NCBI RefSeq assembly: GCF_009834535.1
Contig: NC_045698.1
Location: forward strand, 1,800,001-1,864,000
Origin: Camelus ferus
Lineage: Eukaryota
DNA length: 64,000 nt
Direction: 5' to 3'
Shown here piece after piece: positions 1 through 10,750 of the stretch; position 1 is the first letter of the stretch; each line of letters starts with the position of its first letter. The notes beneath the pieces are model-generated. The model saw only the letters and a program-made list of their open reading frames with translations, made no database searches and was not told the origin of the DNA. The position numbers and the translations under genes are program-made.

Positions 1-580
1 ACCAAATAATGGGGCAATTTCCTATGTTTTCTTTAAGCAGTTTTTTTTGTTTTTAATCTTTTCCTCCTTGGCTTAATGGCCCCCCTGATTTCCCTCTGCC
101 CTCAAAATTACACTTTTCCACGGTGCTTAACCTGCTAAACCCATCAGTGATTTTTTTTTTTTTAATTTCAAATATTGACTCCTTATCTCCAGAAATTCCA
201 TGTGGCCCCTGGGTGGATTTTCACTAGGTGCACGGTGAGAAAGGACAAAGTGGAATGTTCAGTATCATGTTGATCAAAGATAAAGGTGAAGCAGATAACA
301 AAACATGTCTGTGTTTGTATGTAAAAAAATATATGTATGTATGTATTTGGTGCAAAATGTGTACTAAATTGCCCAGGGAGGAGAAGATGTAATGCTGCCA
401 TAAATAATGCTAAAGTTACCTTTCTTGTGTGAGAATATATGTACGCAAGACTCTCTTATAGTTTAGAATTAAGTGCAATACAGATTATAAGGCACAATGT
501 CTTCAGCTCCGCTAGACACTCCTTCTGAGCCTGGCGATGGCGGTGATGAGGTACTGGGTTGGTATTTGACCATCGAATCA

Positions 581-670
581 AATAAAAAAAAATATAGGTT
601 TATTTATATCTGTTGTTCCTTCTGCCTTTGGCTTTGTAAATGGCTAGCATGCTTGTTGTTTGTCTGTTTC
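581..670 (+). terminator. Candidate cleavage/polyadenylation site ending an upstream gene's 3' UTR
   Basis: AATAAA at 581-586, followed by GT/T-rich sequence (tgttgttcct, ttgttgtttgtctgttt, ~611-670). The upstream ~600 bp are AT-rich with several TGTA motifs. No transcript evidence is available. Confidence 0.35.
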
Positions 671-2544
671 ATTCAAGGTTTCACATCTGGGTTGGGAACC
701 AGCTCAGTCTAACCTTCGCAGGAAGGGAAAGGAAGACATAAATGGAAAAGTGTTACGCAGCACAGACACCTTTCCCTTGTCAAGGATTCAGTGACTAAAT
801 ACAGGCGAGTCACTGTCGTCAGCTGGAGGGAGCATGCTGGAAGTTCGTTAATACATTAGACTTGGAGAGGATCAATTCTAGAAAAAAGAGACTAATATTT
901 ATGAAATTGTATAATTTTTCTTTATAAAAGATGTATTTTAAGCTTAGTGGCAGATCTCAAGATCCTGTCTGCCATGGGGAAAAAAAATGATATATCTGCT
1001 ATAGATGAACATTTTCAAACATTAAATATCAGCCTCTTAGCAACCACAGAGAATTTAAAGAGTTCACTTTCTCAATACCCGTTGAGAAGTGTGTCAATGA
1101 TGAAATGTTTCCTGAAGAAAGATACTGGGCACCATCGGCATGAGGCTCCCACGGAGGCTCAGGTGATCGATGGTCTCGCTTCACACGACGGCACTTGCCG
1201 GTGGTCGTGATGTATGTCCCCGCTTCACAGCCGTCTTGGCAGGAGAAGCTGAGTGTCAGGACCTGGGGTGGTGTCCAGCGGGCTTTGGGTGACTTCTGAG
1301 TGAGTCTCGTTTGTAATCCGTTTGATGATTTGACACATTGTATCAGGCAAGAGCAAATGCGGTATTTCTGAGAATTGATACTTCAGCTCTTCACAACCCA
1401 AATATTTGTATTTCGATTCTGAACCAGGCAGATAACAAGAGCTCAGCTACTCATTTCCCTGAAAGGAAAGGTGCAGCAGTGAGCGGACCAGCTTCACAAG
1501 CATTATTCTACTGGCCGCACGGAGCGCAGGTAAGTGCCCGACTGGGCAGAGGGTCCGCAAGGGGGGCCCAGGGCCCCACTGCCTTAGGGAAGACGTCATG
1601 GGCGCTGAAACTCACCCGCAGAAACTTACCCTCTACTGTGACACACTGTTTTAGACTCTGGGTGTGGTTTGTCATTTGTTTCAAATGCAGATTGTTCTCG
1701 AAATACTGAAGACCCCTCTGTGATTCCTGGCCTCAGGCCAGGCAGTGGTTCCCCGCGTGTTCCGCCGGTTCCTCTGAGCCTCAGCCGGCGCAGCCGCGGA
1801 CAGGTGGGAGCGCTGAGAACACCCCGCGGGCTGGGGAGGGGCGCGGGTGGGAGGCTCGCACCCTTTGCCTCAGAGCTCTGCTCTGTGCCGCTGGGCGCAT
1901 GGTTCCAGATCATCTGTGTGCCCTGCCGACCACTCTGCCTGGAATAGCACTTTGTCTGGGAACACTAGTAAACGCGCCACCAGAGAGTCAAGACCCACGC
2001 AGAGCGGAGCGTTCCTCAAGCCAGGTAAGGACTGGCGCCTGAGATCACATTTGCTGGGAAAATGGAAGGGCATGTATCTAGATTTTTTTTTTTTTTAGCA
2101 ACTTCAAAATGTCACATAGGTGATGAATTTAGGACTTTTGAATTAAATATAAATTCCCAACAAATCATCATTGATAAGGATTCTGTCTCAGCCTGATCCT
2201 ATCTTAGTTCTTGTTTATAAACACCTGGTGTCTAGACTTGAACGTGGAGGCCGTGAGTACCTGCCCTGACAGACCTGAACAGGGGGCTTAACCGGATGCG
2301 TCTTTGAAGGGTAACAGACCTGGGCACATTTCAGCTACTGGGACTGAGGAAAATAAAATATGGGCATTTCCCCATGAACTGACAAGAGGGGGCATTTACT
2401 CCAAAAGAGATTTATTTGGGGGTCCCTTCAAGGGGCATTTATTCAAATGTGTACAGAGCCTCTTCACGAACCTGCCCTGTGTGTGAAGGGACACACCGAG
2501 GAAGCGCTATGCCGAGCTCACCGCGCCGGGGACTGCAGGGGTGC

Positions 2545-3055
2545 TGTGTGAGTTTGCCGGGCCGCCCTGACAAGGCGCCCCAGCTGGGAGGTCTTTTCTT
2601 TTATTTCAACTTAATTTAATGTTAATTTTAAAAGGGGATCCGGTTTATTTATTTGATTACTTTTTAATGGAGGCGCGTGGAATGAACCCAGAGCCTCGTG
2701 CACGCTAAGCACGCACCCTCCCCCTGAGCTAGGCCCTCCCCGCGCTGCCGCCCTCCCACCCTCAGGGAGTCTTAAACAGCGGAAGTTTATTTTCTCACGT
2801 GCTGGAGGCTGCGGGCTCCAGACCAAGGCACCAGCAGGGGTGGTTTCTGGAGAGGCCACTCTCCTTGGCCCCCAGATGGCATTCTCGGTATCGTTCCTCT
2901 GACTGGACACTTGTCTGGGTGACCTGGGGCTCAGCCTTCCAGCTTCATTTACCTTAACCTGTTTACAAAGGCCCTGTCTTCAAGCAGTCACATTCCAAGG
3001 CGCTGGGGGTTAGCGGTTCAAGACAGTAACGGAGGAAAACACCACTCGGCCCTTC
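2545..3055 (-). mobile_element. MaLR (ERVL-MaLR) MLT1-type solo LTR, interrupted by a SINE
   Basis: tgtgtgagtttgccgggccgcc...ctgggaggtc | ttaaacagcggaagtttattttctcacgtgctggaggctg...accaaggcaccagcagggg...cagtcacattcc...gggggttag matches typical MLT1 reverse-strand motifs. Confidence 0.75.
2593..2741 (-). mobile_element. tRNA-Ala-derived SINE (camelid vic-1-like)
   Basis: Reverse complement reads GGGGAGGGCCTAGCTCAG...GCGTGCTTAGCGTGCACGAGGCTCTGGGTTCATTCC...CTCCATTAAAA, then an AT-rich tail. It has A/B-box-like motifs and is homologous to the copies at 26158 and 29369. Confidence 0.85.
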
Positions 3056-3487
3056 CCGGACAACGTGCCACAGAAAAGGCTTATCAGAGTGAGGGCACCT
3101 GCACCTAAATTCCAACGGCTTGAGCCCAGCGTCCCTGAGAAGTCAGTGTGTCTGAGTGGCTTTGGAAGGGCCTGCCCAGCACTCTCTCCAAGGCACCTCC
3201 AGTCCAAGCCCAGCAGTCTGGCCTCCAGCCCGGGCAGTGCGGCTCTGGTGTCCCTCATGTGAAGGTGTCAGGATGAAGGGTGCATCACTGGTGGGGGGCC
3301 GGGGGCCGGGATTGCATGGCTCCCTCCGCAGGGAACCCGCCTCTCTGGGACTTAGCGCCGCAGCTATTTCTACTTGGCCATTTGTGATCAGAAAAAGCTT
3401 GTCAAAACTTTGAGTGGCTGTCTAAGGAGAGAATGTGACATGTGACAGTGGTGTGACAATGTGATAGATTCTCCAGTGGGAGGGGCT

Positions 3488-3552
3488 GGTGCCTGAATGT
3501 CCGGACAGGAAACCACGCGGCTGCGAGAGTGAATGAATGAATGAATGAATGA
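3488..3552 (+). repeat. (TGAA)n tract, probably a LINE-2 3' tail
   Basis: gtgcctg...gtgaatgaatgaatgaatgaatga. (TGAA)n tails are typical of L2 3' ends. Confidence 0.45.
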
Positions 3553-3839
3553 CCACATCAATCAGCCAGGTAACGGGGGTCACAGGCGGGCACTCTGGAA
3601 GGCTGCCGCTTGCATACCTGCTTCACAGCGCTGGTGAGCGCTTGCTTTCTGTGCCCTTTGGCTACCATAGAGTTTTTATTCCCCATAATTATAATTCCAG
3701 CAAAACTTTGCAATTGTAAAATACTGCGTTCTTCAAGAAGCTCAGCTGTCACTCCCGTTGAGCAGAGCTGCGGTTTATGTTGTTCGCTCAGTTGCCTTCC
3801 TCACCCTGGGCACCCAGCTCCGAGCACCCTTTACAGGGA

Positions 3840-4300
3840 CAGATTTATGATGGACGCCATCTGGTCTGATAGAAGGAAACAGGTATTGATTTTTAATATT
3901 TCCTCCCAACTTGTTTACTCTAGGCTAATACGGCAGCTGTGTGGCCGCGCGTCTCTGAGCGGGGACGATTATTACCGCTGCCTTTTGATGAGATAAATTA
4001 CCTAGGATGACTTGAATGGCTGAAGGGTATACTGTGATGTTATGTTGCTTCATTTACCCTTATGACTAAATGATTATTGATTTTATATTTTTAAGCTCTT
4101 GAAACGTGAAAATAAGTTGGTAGAGGAGCCTGGCTGTGTTCGTTTTATTAATTTATTTCTGCAGGGCGTAATTCACTTTGGACCAGGTTGTGAAGGTTTT
4201 GGGTTCATGACCGGCTGCAGATACAGTTGCAAAGAAATGGCTTATTTATATAGTCATTGCAAGTAGTCCCCAAATCAATACAGTCTGGGATTGGATGATT
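3840..4300. promoter_or_regulatory. Candidate developmental enhancer / conserved non-coding element
   Basis: AT-rich, apparently non-repetitive island. TATTGATT at 3884 and 4075 and AATCAATA at 4273 (ONECUT/CUX type), TGTTTAC at 3912 (FOX), multiple TAAT/TTTAT cores. Conservation not checked. Confidence 0.45.
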
Positions 4301-5599
4301 AAACTCAGGCCCTTTGTGGGACTCAGTCCTGCAGCTGCTGCTGGAAGCATTGACCAAAGCACAGCCACGTGACCAAGGCTGCAAACCGCAAGTTTGTTCA
4401 AGTTGAAATATTATTATTATTTTATTATTTTTGCTCATCTTTTTTTTTTTTTTTTCTTAATCTGCTACATTCATTCAATGACATTTTAACAGCCTGGAAA
4501 AAAAAGAAGTGGTTGATTGACTGCTTCAGTGAAATCAGTCATCTGCATTCAAAGAAGTGGCTCCCAGGTCTTCCAGAATGTCCCTGTGTGGACTCGGTGT
4601 GGACTTTGATCAGAGGTCCTGGGCTGCTCTGAGTTTGGTCCTGGCTGCTTCTGCCGGCAGCAGGAGTCCGAGGTGTCCGCCAAACCGTCAGCTACTCTGA
4701 TGCTTCTCAAGGGCTCTGCGCCTATGTGCGCCGGGCAGCCTGCGTGCTTTGGGGAAGTGTTGACCACTCTGTCATCATGTCGTGTGCTGGCCTGATGAGC
4801 GCCTGTCTGAAGTGTGCCTGTATCACTGCACTTCACATCTGATACCCCTTGGTCCGGGGCAGAAGCACTGGCGATACAAAATTGGAAGGTTTTGTTTTTA
4901 TTTTTCATCATTTCCTCCCAATTTATTTTTGTAGGTTTTATCGTGTTCACCTCAAACCATCTATTCCTTGCTAGGAGGAATGTCTGGTTTGAGTGTCGAG
5001 CCTCAGAGCATCTCTGAGATCCAGTTTTCCATTTCTTGGGTCACCTTCCCCGCTTGCCCCGCACTGTACTCAGTGACAAGAGAGGCTCCGCCCCTGTGAG
5101 GGGCGTGGGAGCAAGAGGGACCAACTTCCCAGGGAAATTCTGCGTTTATTTACTCAGACCGTCAGACCCCAGCGTGAACCGAAGATGGCGGTGGGGTTCG
5201 TGGTGATATTGGCGGTCCAGGCTTCACCTTCATTTCAGCAGAGCTCTCCACCCAGGACCTCCCCCGCCCCTCGCCCCGCCCCGCTGCGGCCCTCAGGAGC
5301 TTCAAGCGGAGCGCCCGCAAGTCCACTGCTGGGTCTTGTCCTGACGTGGTATTTTAAAAGCCAAAACTTTGCATACCAATTGAATTTGGTTGTGCTACTC
5401 TTTGCCTTGGAGATTTATTTCAGCTAAAGCTGCATGTTTGTAGAGCTTAAAACCTGCAGACAGAGGTGAGCACTTCATCCTGCAGGAGGAGCGAACATGC
5501 CATTTCCTCCCCAAGACAAGACTTCACATCTTGGTCAGTCATAGAGACACAGTTCACAGAGTTTTAAAAAAAAAAGGGTGTAAAGCCGTTTTTCTTACT

Positions 5600-6000
5600 T
5601 CAGTCAGTGTGTATGTGTAATTAATATGCAGTAAGTTACACGGCTCCGGTTTAAAGCTTGTTTAAATGCATAGAATTTGAAGTCGACTGAAGAAATAAAA
5701 TAACTTTTGGAGCAGTGCAATGTAATATGTTGATCAATTTTATAGGGGAGTGGTGCATATTTAATCAATCACCTCGTGACAATTATTCACGCCGGTCGGA
5801 ATCAAGGGCTCCATTAGAGCCGAAGAACGGCTTCATTACAGACGACCCGTGAAAGCGTCAAGCCCCGGCTGCGAGGACAAGTAATTTCCTTTCCCCTTAA
5901 AACCACCAGACGGGGCGATGGGGGTGGGGCGGGTGATGGAGTGCGTAATCCCGCGATTACAAAGAGAAGCGTCAACGGTGAATTTGACAGCTCGGTTGGA
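5600..6000. promoter_or_regulatory. Candidate developmental enhancer / conserved non-coding element
   Basis: ATCAATCA (= TGATTGAT, PBX) at 5764-5771, palindromic GTAATC-ccgc-GATTAC at 5945-5960, TGACAGCT (MEIS) at 5985-5992, several TAAT cores. Confidence 0.45.
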
Positions 6001-9000
6001 CAGGGGAGTGGAGAAGGGTACTCAGTGCCGGCTGTGTCCCTTCCAGGAGCTTTTACTTTTATAAATTAAAAGGACGAGGATGAGCAGGGTGGCGGTGGGC
6101 TCTTGCTGGACTTCTCTCTTCATCCGACAGTGTTTGCTTAGGATGTCGGAGAGACGCGCTTTCGGGACCGGTGACTTTCCTCATGATGCCTCTCGGTGGG
6201 CTCTCGGCTCCATCGTGACTGATGCCCGGGCCTCGTGGACTGGCATCGGGACGGCAGAGGGAGGCCCGTATGCCAGCGGAGTCAGCGCGAGCTCCCGGGC
6301 CGGCCGCGAGCGCTCTGCACACGTTGATCATTGTGGCTCCTTTTCTACCCCAGGACAGTCTGGACAGTCGATGACCCTTTGCATTTCACCGAATCCATGT
6401 CTTCATCTTTCAGCATCCGCCGAGAGTCCTTGACGTTGATCAGTGTCCAGAGGCCGAGATAGGTTCCGGGTTCCAGGAAGTCTGGCAGACATTTTTCCGA
6501 GTGAAAAATATTTTCTTTCCCAAACGACCCAGTGGTGAAAATGCGCTGCTGAGAGTGTCAGGGCTCCACGGCCCGGGGAAAAGCCCTGCGGAGGAGAGCG
6601 CCTCCTCTGGCTTCACTGCTCCCTGCCCGGCTGCGCGGGCGCTGGGGAGCGAGGGTTAACCTTCACTTTTTGCGGTCCTGTCAGATGCCAGCCCTCGTGT
6701 AGTGATGAGTGTGCAGACATTTGAATTTAACTGTAATTATTGATGGTCTCCTTAGCTGTTAGAATTTTTCTAAAATTGGGCAAGTGCCGAGGGCTTTTCC
6801 CAGCTTTAACGGAAACAGAATCTGAAGATTTTTAGGTTTTCGAAAGTTGAGCCAGCCTTGGCCACCCCTGCGACTGATCCTTAAACCCGACTTTTCCCGG
6901 TCGCTTTGAACCTCGCCATCTGTGGGGGCTCCCCCACCTGGGGAGCCTGGCGCAGAGCAGACCCCCACGTGCGCAAGTTCAAGTGGTCGCTTTGGGGGCT
7001 GATGGCTATTGACGCTCGTCGGGGTTTCTGAGATGTTATCTCGTCCCGTGGAGCGTCTGCGGTGGCCGTTTACACCGTGTCTGGTGACTGTCGAATCACC
7101 ATCGATCCCTCGTGTGTAGGACGCATGTCAAACAACCTCACGCATTTAAATGGCGATTATTCCACTTCTCTGTCTGCGACGAGATAAGATCAAAAGGCGT
7201 CCCCTGTGCGGTAGACGGGCCGACAGCGAGCTGCGCTCGCCGGTCCGCCCAGGTTGCGCTCACAGCTCCGCCGCAGCTGAGAGTATTTAATAATTAACTT
7301 TCTGAAACAGCTTGAGATGCTGGGCCTGCAGAAGAATGAGGCTGGCAGATGGAGGCACAGCGTCCCGGACTTGCGGGTAAAGGCGTCTTTGGCCGTGGGA
7401 ATGCGGCCGCGGGAAGGATTGCTTTCAAAGATCCTGGGAAATCATTCTGTGTGCTTAATTTCCTCCTTGTTTTGTACAAAGACTCCTGAAGAAATGAGAA
7501 CCAAATTTAGACCGGTGTGTGATTTCCCCCAGGCTGGAGTCACCGCGCCTGGGTAGGGTGGGAGGCCCCGGGAGCCCCGCCGCGGCGAGGCGGCCCCCTC
7601 CGCTCTGCCTCCGGGCCGGCATGGTCACTGTGCCGTGTCAGTCATCAGATGGTGCCCGGCGTGGGCCGCTGGGTCAGGATGTCTGGTCACGTTTGTTTGG
7701 GGGCAAAGCAAGCTGATTTTTTTGTTGCTGCAGCATTTTCTTAATAATAGCATTTTTCCCTTTTCAGAATACATTTTGGATGGCAGTTTTTGGAAATCTT
7801 TGGAACGTAACAAAGAAATACTTATTATTATGGAGGGGGCTAATGTTACATTGAATTCAATCTAAGGAAACGTTATAGCCGTTAGAAAAATAAAACTCCA
7901 CCAAAGCTTAACAGGAGGAGGAACATACACATGTATCAAACGACACTTTTGCGAACTGTGGCCCCACCAGTCCCCCGGTGACACGCCTTGTGTGGGCTGG
8001 AAGCCCTCTCACCCCCACCTCCTCCTGGAGAGAGGTCGGGCGGGGGGCTCCCTGCTCACCCCGGACGGAGGCGCCTGTGGCATCCCTAGGAGGTTTATTC
8101 AGATGGTCTCCTCGTACCACGTAATTTTTTCTCCCTTTCCGTGACGTTTATCAGGATGTATCCTGCTTAGTTGGGGTCACTAACAGAACACCAAGGGCAA
8201 CTGCAGAATCAGAGCAAGGCTGAGTTCTTCCAGGAAACCGCAGGTTCAATTTTAACGTCGAGTTTGCCAGGCGGAATGATTTGTTTCCATGGACTGGCTC
8301 ACATTTGCAGGTGAATAGTTCATAGTGCGAAGTGGACTGAAATATCGCCTTTTAAGCTTCCCAGAGGCTCTTGGATCTTGTCTTACACAAATCCAGTGCC
8401 TGACGAAGGAGGGGAAACCACAGCAATCGACCTGAACCTCAGGTAGAAAACCCGAAGCTGCCCCGGGGTGCACCTGCCCGGGGCCCGGGCCTCCTGGCGG
8501 TCCCTGTCCTGCCTCCCCCAGCGACCCGCCTGCCCTGGGATGAAGCGGCACCACGAGCAGTGGATTCTCCAGTTTTTCCCTTGAGTCACCCGAACACCAC
8601 ACTGCAGCTGCCATGTGGGAACTGAAGACAGTGGCCGTGGGAGAAAGAGGTCATGTGAAGGCAGGGGGAGAGAGGAGGGACACCCCTGTGAGCCGGGGGA
8701 GGCCGTCTCCAGGGCCAGAAGCAGACAGAGGCCAGGAAGCCTCCTCCTCCGCAGCTTCCTGAGGGAGCATGGCCCTGCTGGGCCTTGACTTTGGGCTCTT
8801 CTCCTCCAGAACCGTGGGACGGCACATTCGGGTCGTCTCAGGCCTTCCCGTTTGTGGCGCTCAGGAAACTGATCCCGACCCATTGAATACATTTGTCCTC
8901 AACCCGCCACCCATGAGAGGATGCCCGTGACACCTGCTTTCAGTGCAAATTCTTCCCACCCGGAGCCCCCGCCCCGTTTCAGAAAGCAGTGGAATCCGTC

Positions 9001-9489
9001 TTTGTTTCTGGAGGGAAAGCCCAGTGAAAGGCGGAAGGGTCTCAGGACACGCTCGGTGGGACCCCCATGGGAGAGGGTGTCCCTCAACCTTCTCTCAGAC
9101 CAGAGTGGGGCGGGGGGCTCGGGGTGGGGAGGCTGCGGACAGCACCCTGGCCATCTGGCTGCCCTACTGGTGGTGGTGTGTGACAACTGTCTGCCAAGAG
9201 GAGAGGGCTGGGGTGGGAGGGGACAGGCCTGCAGCTCCGTCAGCCTGTGACCCTGAGCTTCCTGGCTTCGCCTCTACTGGGGCCACGCTCGGTCTGTTTT
9301 GGGGTGTCCCTCTGCAGGGACTCACACTGGCCCCCTCTAGTCTGCTTTCCTGTGCTCCAGACTCCACTCAGCTGACTTGCACTGTGATGTTGAAACCACT
9401 TGGAAGAACCCACTGCACTTCTGCTAAGTCTCATTCTCTGCAGCCTAATGGCCTGTGTCTTCTGCAGAAGGTCCCATTGCTCACGTAGG

Positions 9490-9705
9490 TGTGTGAGTCT
9501 GCTCGGGCTGCCATAATAGAGAGCCGGGCTCCGGGTGGGGCCACAGGGCGGGGTGGGGCAGAGCTTAAGCAACAGAGATTTACTGTCTCTCGGTTCTGGC
9601 GGCCAGAAGTCCAAGATCAAGGTGCAGGACCCCACTCCCTCTGAAGGCACTGGGAGAGGGGTTTTCCCAGCCTCTCCCCTAGGTTCTAGGAGTTTCTTGC
9701 CTTGC
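9490..9705 (-). mobile_element. MLT1-type MaLR LTR fragment
   Basis: tgtgtgagtctgctcgggctgccataat...cttaagcaacagagatttactgtctctcggttctggcggccagaagtccaagatcaaggtg...ccctctgaaggc is diagnostic of MLT1. Confidence 0.8.
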
Positions 9706-9732
9706 GCATCAGGCCTCTGGGGTAAGATATAA

Positions 9733-9830
9733 GATTATCTCCATCTCACACATGAGGAAACTGAGTCCCAGAATGATTAAATCAGTTGCCCAATATTTCA
9801 CAGGCAATTTGGTAAAAAGTGGTCTAGACT
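9733..9830 (-). mobile_element. MIR SINE core fragment
   Basis: attatctccat...atgaggaaactgagtcccagaatgattaaatcagttgccca is the reverse MIR core. Confidence 0.7.
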
Positions 9831-10069
9831 TTCTGCCTGGCGCCAGATTCTACCTCAGTTCTCACAAAGCTACACATTTTACCATCTATGTAAGTTTCTT
9901 TAGACTTCCTTTATTTTGAACTTGATTTCTTCGAAAAACTTCCAGTTGTAGAATTACTAGATTACAAAAGAGGTCAAACAACTAATCTCTGCTTTTATGT
10001 GTTTCCAAAACACAATTTGAATTGTCAATTTAAAAAAACTAGAAAAAAACTAGTTTTTCAAAATTTCTT

Positions 10070-10435
10070 GAAGTATGTTTACTGTTTCATGTCTTATTGC
10101 ATTGGCCTAAATCATCAAAATAAACTTTAATAATAATGTGGTTGCAGATATTCTTGTTTTTATTCTAATTTAAAATGTAACCCTAGTGTTTCCTGTAATT
10201 ATAATTTTGTCTGTTGATTTAAAATTTTGTCTGTTGTTGATTGATAACTCCTTTCATATTAAGAGAATGTTTGCATTCCCATGCTTCTGTTTGAATTTTA
10301 GAAATTTGAATTTTATCAATTGCTGCCTCTCCATGTATGAAGCTCACATAGTTTAAATTATTTAATTTACTTCTGTGGTGCAAATATAGCATTTTTTTAA
10401 TTTAAAGACACCTTGTAGATAAATCATCATGTGGA
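10070..10435 (-). mobile_element. Old LINE-1 (L1M) ORF2 fragment
   Basis: tcttattgcattggc...attcttgtttttattct...ttgaattttatcaattgct...accttgtagataaatc follows the antisense L1 reverse-transcriptase region. Highly decayed. Confidence 0.6.
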
Positions 10436-10604
10436 ATTGACCGAGTCACTTCAGATCAGCAGAACAAGCATGGCGTAGGAGATGTCTTTATACTTGAGCA
10501 GTGTTTGGACTGTTCTTCAGCCATAGGGGAGAAAGCACACGAGTCAATTGACGGGGCTGAAATGATCCCTCCAGGTGCCTGCTGCACACCGTGGTGGCGT
10601 CCTG

Positions 10605-10750
10605 GCACACACTCATGTATGCACACACACGCATGTGCATATACAAGTGGAGATGCAAACGCACACATGTATACGTGCAAACACACACAACACACTTCAC
10701 ATACACAGCACACGCATGAAGGCACATACACTCACACTCACACACACAGG
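10605..10750. repeat. Degenerate (CA)n/(CACACAT)n low-complexity repeat
   Basis: cacacactcatgtatgcacacacacgcatgtgcatataca...cacactcacacacaca. Confidence 0.85.
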
